Assembly: GCF_000021865.1 (NCBI RefSeq)
Contig: NC_014034.1
Coordinates: 3,090,001-3,122,000 of the forward strand
Length of the DNA stretch: 32,000 nt
From: Rhodobacter capsulatus SB 1003
GTDB taxonomy: Bacteria > Pseudomonadota > Alphaproteobacteria > Rhodobacterales > Rhodobacteraceae
Direction: 5' to 3'
Shown here: in pieces, positions 30,394 through 32,000 of the stretch
Layout of the letters: each line of letters opens with the position of its first letter
Position numbering within the stretch: position 1 is the stretch's first letter
Position numbers and translations under genes: made by a program
Notes under the pieces: model-generated
The model's database searches: none
What the model saw: only the letters and a program-made list of their open reading frames with translations
What the model was told of the DNA's origin: nothing

Positions 30394-32000
30394 CTAGCGA
30401 GATTGCGCATCAAAGAAGGTTACGATCATTTTCATGGCAACGTCACATGCATTGAGCGCTGCGACATCTTGCCAATTATCTGTTTTTCCCATGCCCCAGT
30501 CGCATATCCCCTTTATCATCACCCACTCTTTACCATTAAATTGACCAGACGCCGAAACTGCATTGCCCTCCATTTCCCCACCTATTGCGCCAGGAAACTC
30601 TGTCCTCAAATTTTCAACAAATTCCTTGCTGTCGACCAACTTCTGCCCAGAGATAATTTGACCGAAGTATATTTTAAAATCAGCCTCAGCAAAATTTGGC
30701 CTAACCAGACGCGCGGCCTGAAGTAGGCCAGTTCCCGCAGGAAGCTTTTCGCCTCTATTAATTGTTTTCTCTGTCCCAATGCGGGCTGTCTCATAGTCCT
30801 GGATCTCCGTTGAGACAAGTACATCTCCGCATTTTTGATAAGGCTCGCCGTTCTTCTCCGGCAAGAGCCCAAAGCAGATCCCAACGCTTATTAGATGTGT
30901 AGCCCCAAGTTCCTTAAGTGCTGCAGGAAGGATCAAACCAGCGCTGTTAACTCCCAGTGATCCTGCACTAGTTCTCAGATGATATACGTGCTGACTTGTT
31001 CCTCGTGTGTACTCCGTTGCGAACCCATTGCCCACTCGCACAGGTCGACTGGAAGTAAATCCACTTTCTTTTAATTTTTGGATTAGAGCATCATCCTCAC
31101 TGTCGGTTGCCGTTGTAACTGCAATTACGTCGTTATTTTGGTGACTCACCTGACTACTCCATGTTGAGTTAAAGATCGGGTCCAATTGAGAAATTCTCGC
31201 AGCGCACTGAATTAATCGCTCGATTCCAAATCTATAGAATTCTTCAGGGTTTCCAAATTTTTTCACATAATCAATATCAAGATACTGAATAAAAACCCTA
31301 TCAATGTGCAATCGAATTGAACTCATGTCGCTGCTGTCGTTAACCTTATTTCGAGCAGAGATCGCCAAGGCATCAAGAAAAATCTGAAGATGATAGGAGA
31401 AATGCCTGTGGGGCAAACTCCCATAATGTTCGATAATATCATCAATTGACCACAAAGAAACCTGCCGCAATGCGCCTAGCGCTTGGAGCGCACGTTTCAA
31501 AAGGGGAAAGTCAAATGCAGGAAAATTTTCAACGACATCCCGGTACGAGAATTGAGGTATGCCTGTGCAAGTGGCAAGCGAACGGCGATCAGCGTAGTTC
31601 TTCATATATAAAGCAGAAATTGCCCGAGTCGCCGCCTCAATTTGCCTGGCGCTCATCTCGCCACCAGCTATGTTGGAGACCAGGAGATCTCTAGTGATTG
31701 CAAGGTCTTCTCTTTTGAAAACTTTGGACTGAATGACATTCAATCCGGATTCGAACACCGCCCTATCTGACGGACTTAGACGAACAAGATCAAAATCGAA
31801 TTTGCTCTGATCGTAAGCTAAAATTAGCCTGGATAGATCGCCAGTCATACTGAATGGGTTTCTGGTACCCAGCTGTAAATCCACTAGCCCTCCTTGGTCT
31901 GAAAAGTAAAATGGGTACCTCTCAGGCACATGGGAATATCTTGCTCGGCGGTCCTCAATAAATTCCGAAAGCGTTGCATTCGAACTGGTTGCATCTATTA
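30394..32000 (-). CDS. Large protein with a C-terminal PNP/MTAN-type nucleosidase domain and an unrecognised N-terminal region (5' end probably beyond the window)
   Basis: The ORF-track start is GTG 31929, but the same frame stays open to base 32000 (..IDATSSNATLSEFIEDRRARYSH-V-PERYPFYF). The C-terminal ~245 aa (30397-31131) reads DVIAVTTATDSE...HLISVGICFGL...GDVLVSTEIQDYE...FGQIISGQKLV...FPGAIGGEMEGNAVSASG...WVMIKGICDWG. This shows the PNP_UDP_1 fold pattern, including the EME and (S/C)D catalytic motifs. The gene is markedly AT-richer than the rest of the window. Confidence 0.85.
   Translation of the reverse strand, partial: IDATSSNATLSEFIEDRRARYSHVPERYPFYFSDQGGLVDLQLGTRNPFSMTGDLSRLILAYDQSKFDFDLVRLSPSDRAVFESGLNVIQSKVFKREDLAITRDLLVSNIAGGEMSARQIEAATRAISALYMKNYADRRSLATCTGIPQFSYRDVVENFPAFDFPLLKRALQALGALRQVSLWSIDDIIEHYGSLPHRHFSYHLQIFLDALAISARNKVNDSSDMSSIRLHIDRVFIQYLDIDYVKKFGNPEEFYRFGIERLIQCAARISQLDPIFNSTWSSQVSHQNNDVIAVTTATDSEDDALIQKLKESGFTSSRPVRVGNGFATEYTRGTSQHVYHLRTSAGSLGVNSAGLILPAALKELGATHLISVGICFGLLPEKNGEPYQKCGDVLVSTEIQDYETARIGTEKTINRGEKLPAGTGLLQAARLVRPNFAEADFKIYFGQIISGQKLVDSKEFVENLRTEFPGAIGGEMEGNAVSASGQFNGKEWVMIKGICDWGMGKTDNWQDVAALNACDVAMKMIVTFFDAQSR

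Noticed and set aside
29479-30455. Small ORFs in the AT-rich spacer (29479..29697, 29719..29934, 29753..29974, 30045..30248, 30150..30455)
   Set aside because: They overlap each other on opposite strands and lack visible RBSs. Their compositions are implausible or merely hydrophobic, and no family is recognised. They are not reported as genes, although a small toxin-like peptide cannot be excluded.
1-32000. CRISPR arrays, rRNA genes, integrons
   Set aside because: I saw no regularly spaced direct repeats, no rRNA-like conserved stretches and no attC/attI-like structures when reading the window.

Overview
High-G+C chromosome segment, probably alphaproteobacterial and Rhodobacterales-like (inference from composition and gene families). 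It falls into three blocks. (1) 1-8.8 kb holds host genes: a DUF982-like protein, cspA, then a translationally coupled plus-strand operon of RND adaptor, RND pump, OmpR-type response regulator, histidine kinase and MsbA-like ABC exporter. (2) About 8.9-29.3 kb is a minus-strand prophage remnant. It has a Mu-like head module (virion-morphogenesis G-like, protease/scaffold I-like, DUF2190 decoration, major capsid, DUF1320 connector). This is joined to a lambda-like siphovirus tail module: tube, G/GT chaperone with a -1 slip site, tape measure, gpM/L/K-position proteins, a gpI-gpJ fusion, a tail fibre, and a pair resembling the RcGTA head-spike genes. It also has a divergent CI(S24)/Ner-like immunity switch and a lipoprotein moron. 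No terminase, portal, transposase/integrase, replication or lysis genes are visible. The distal end carries a second, decayed copy of the fibre gene, truncated by an IS3-family remnant. The better copy appears frameshifted near its 5' end. (3) At 29.3-32 kb the G+C drops abruptly. About 1 kb has no convincing ORFs but clustered short repeats. A large minus-strand ORF then runs off the window edge. Its C-terminal ~245 aa is a PNP/MTAN-type nucleosidase domain (GGEMEG and ICDWG motifs) fused to an unrecognised N-terminal region. This ORF is my best candidate for an uncharacterised anti-phage/abortive-infection effector. All homology calls are by eye from the translations; no searches were run.
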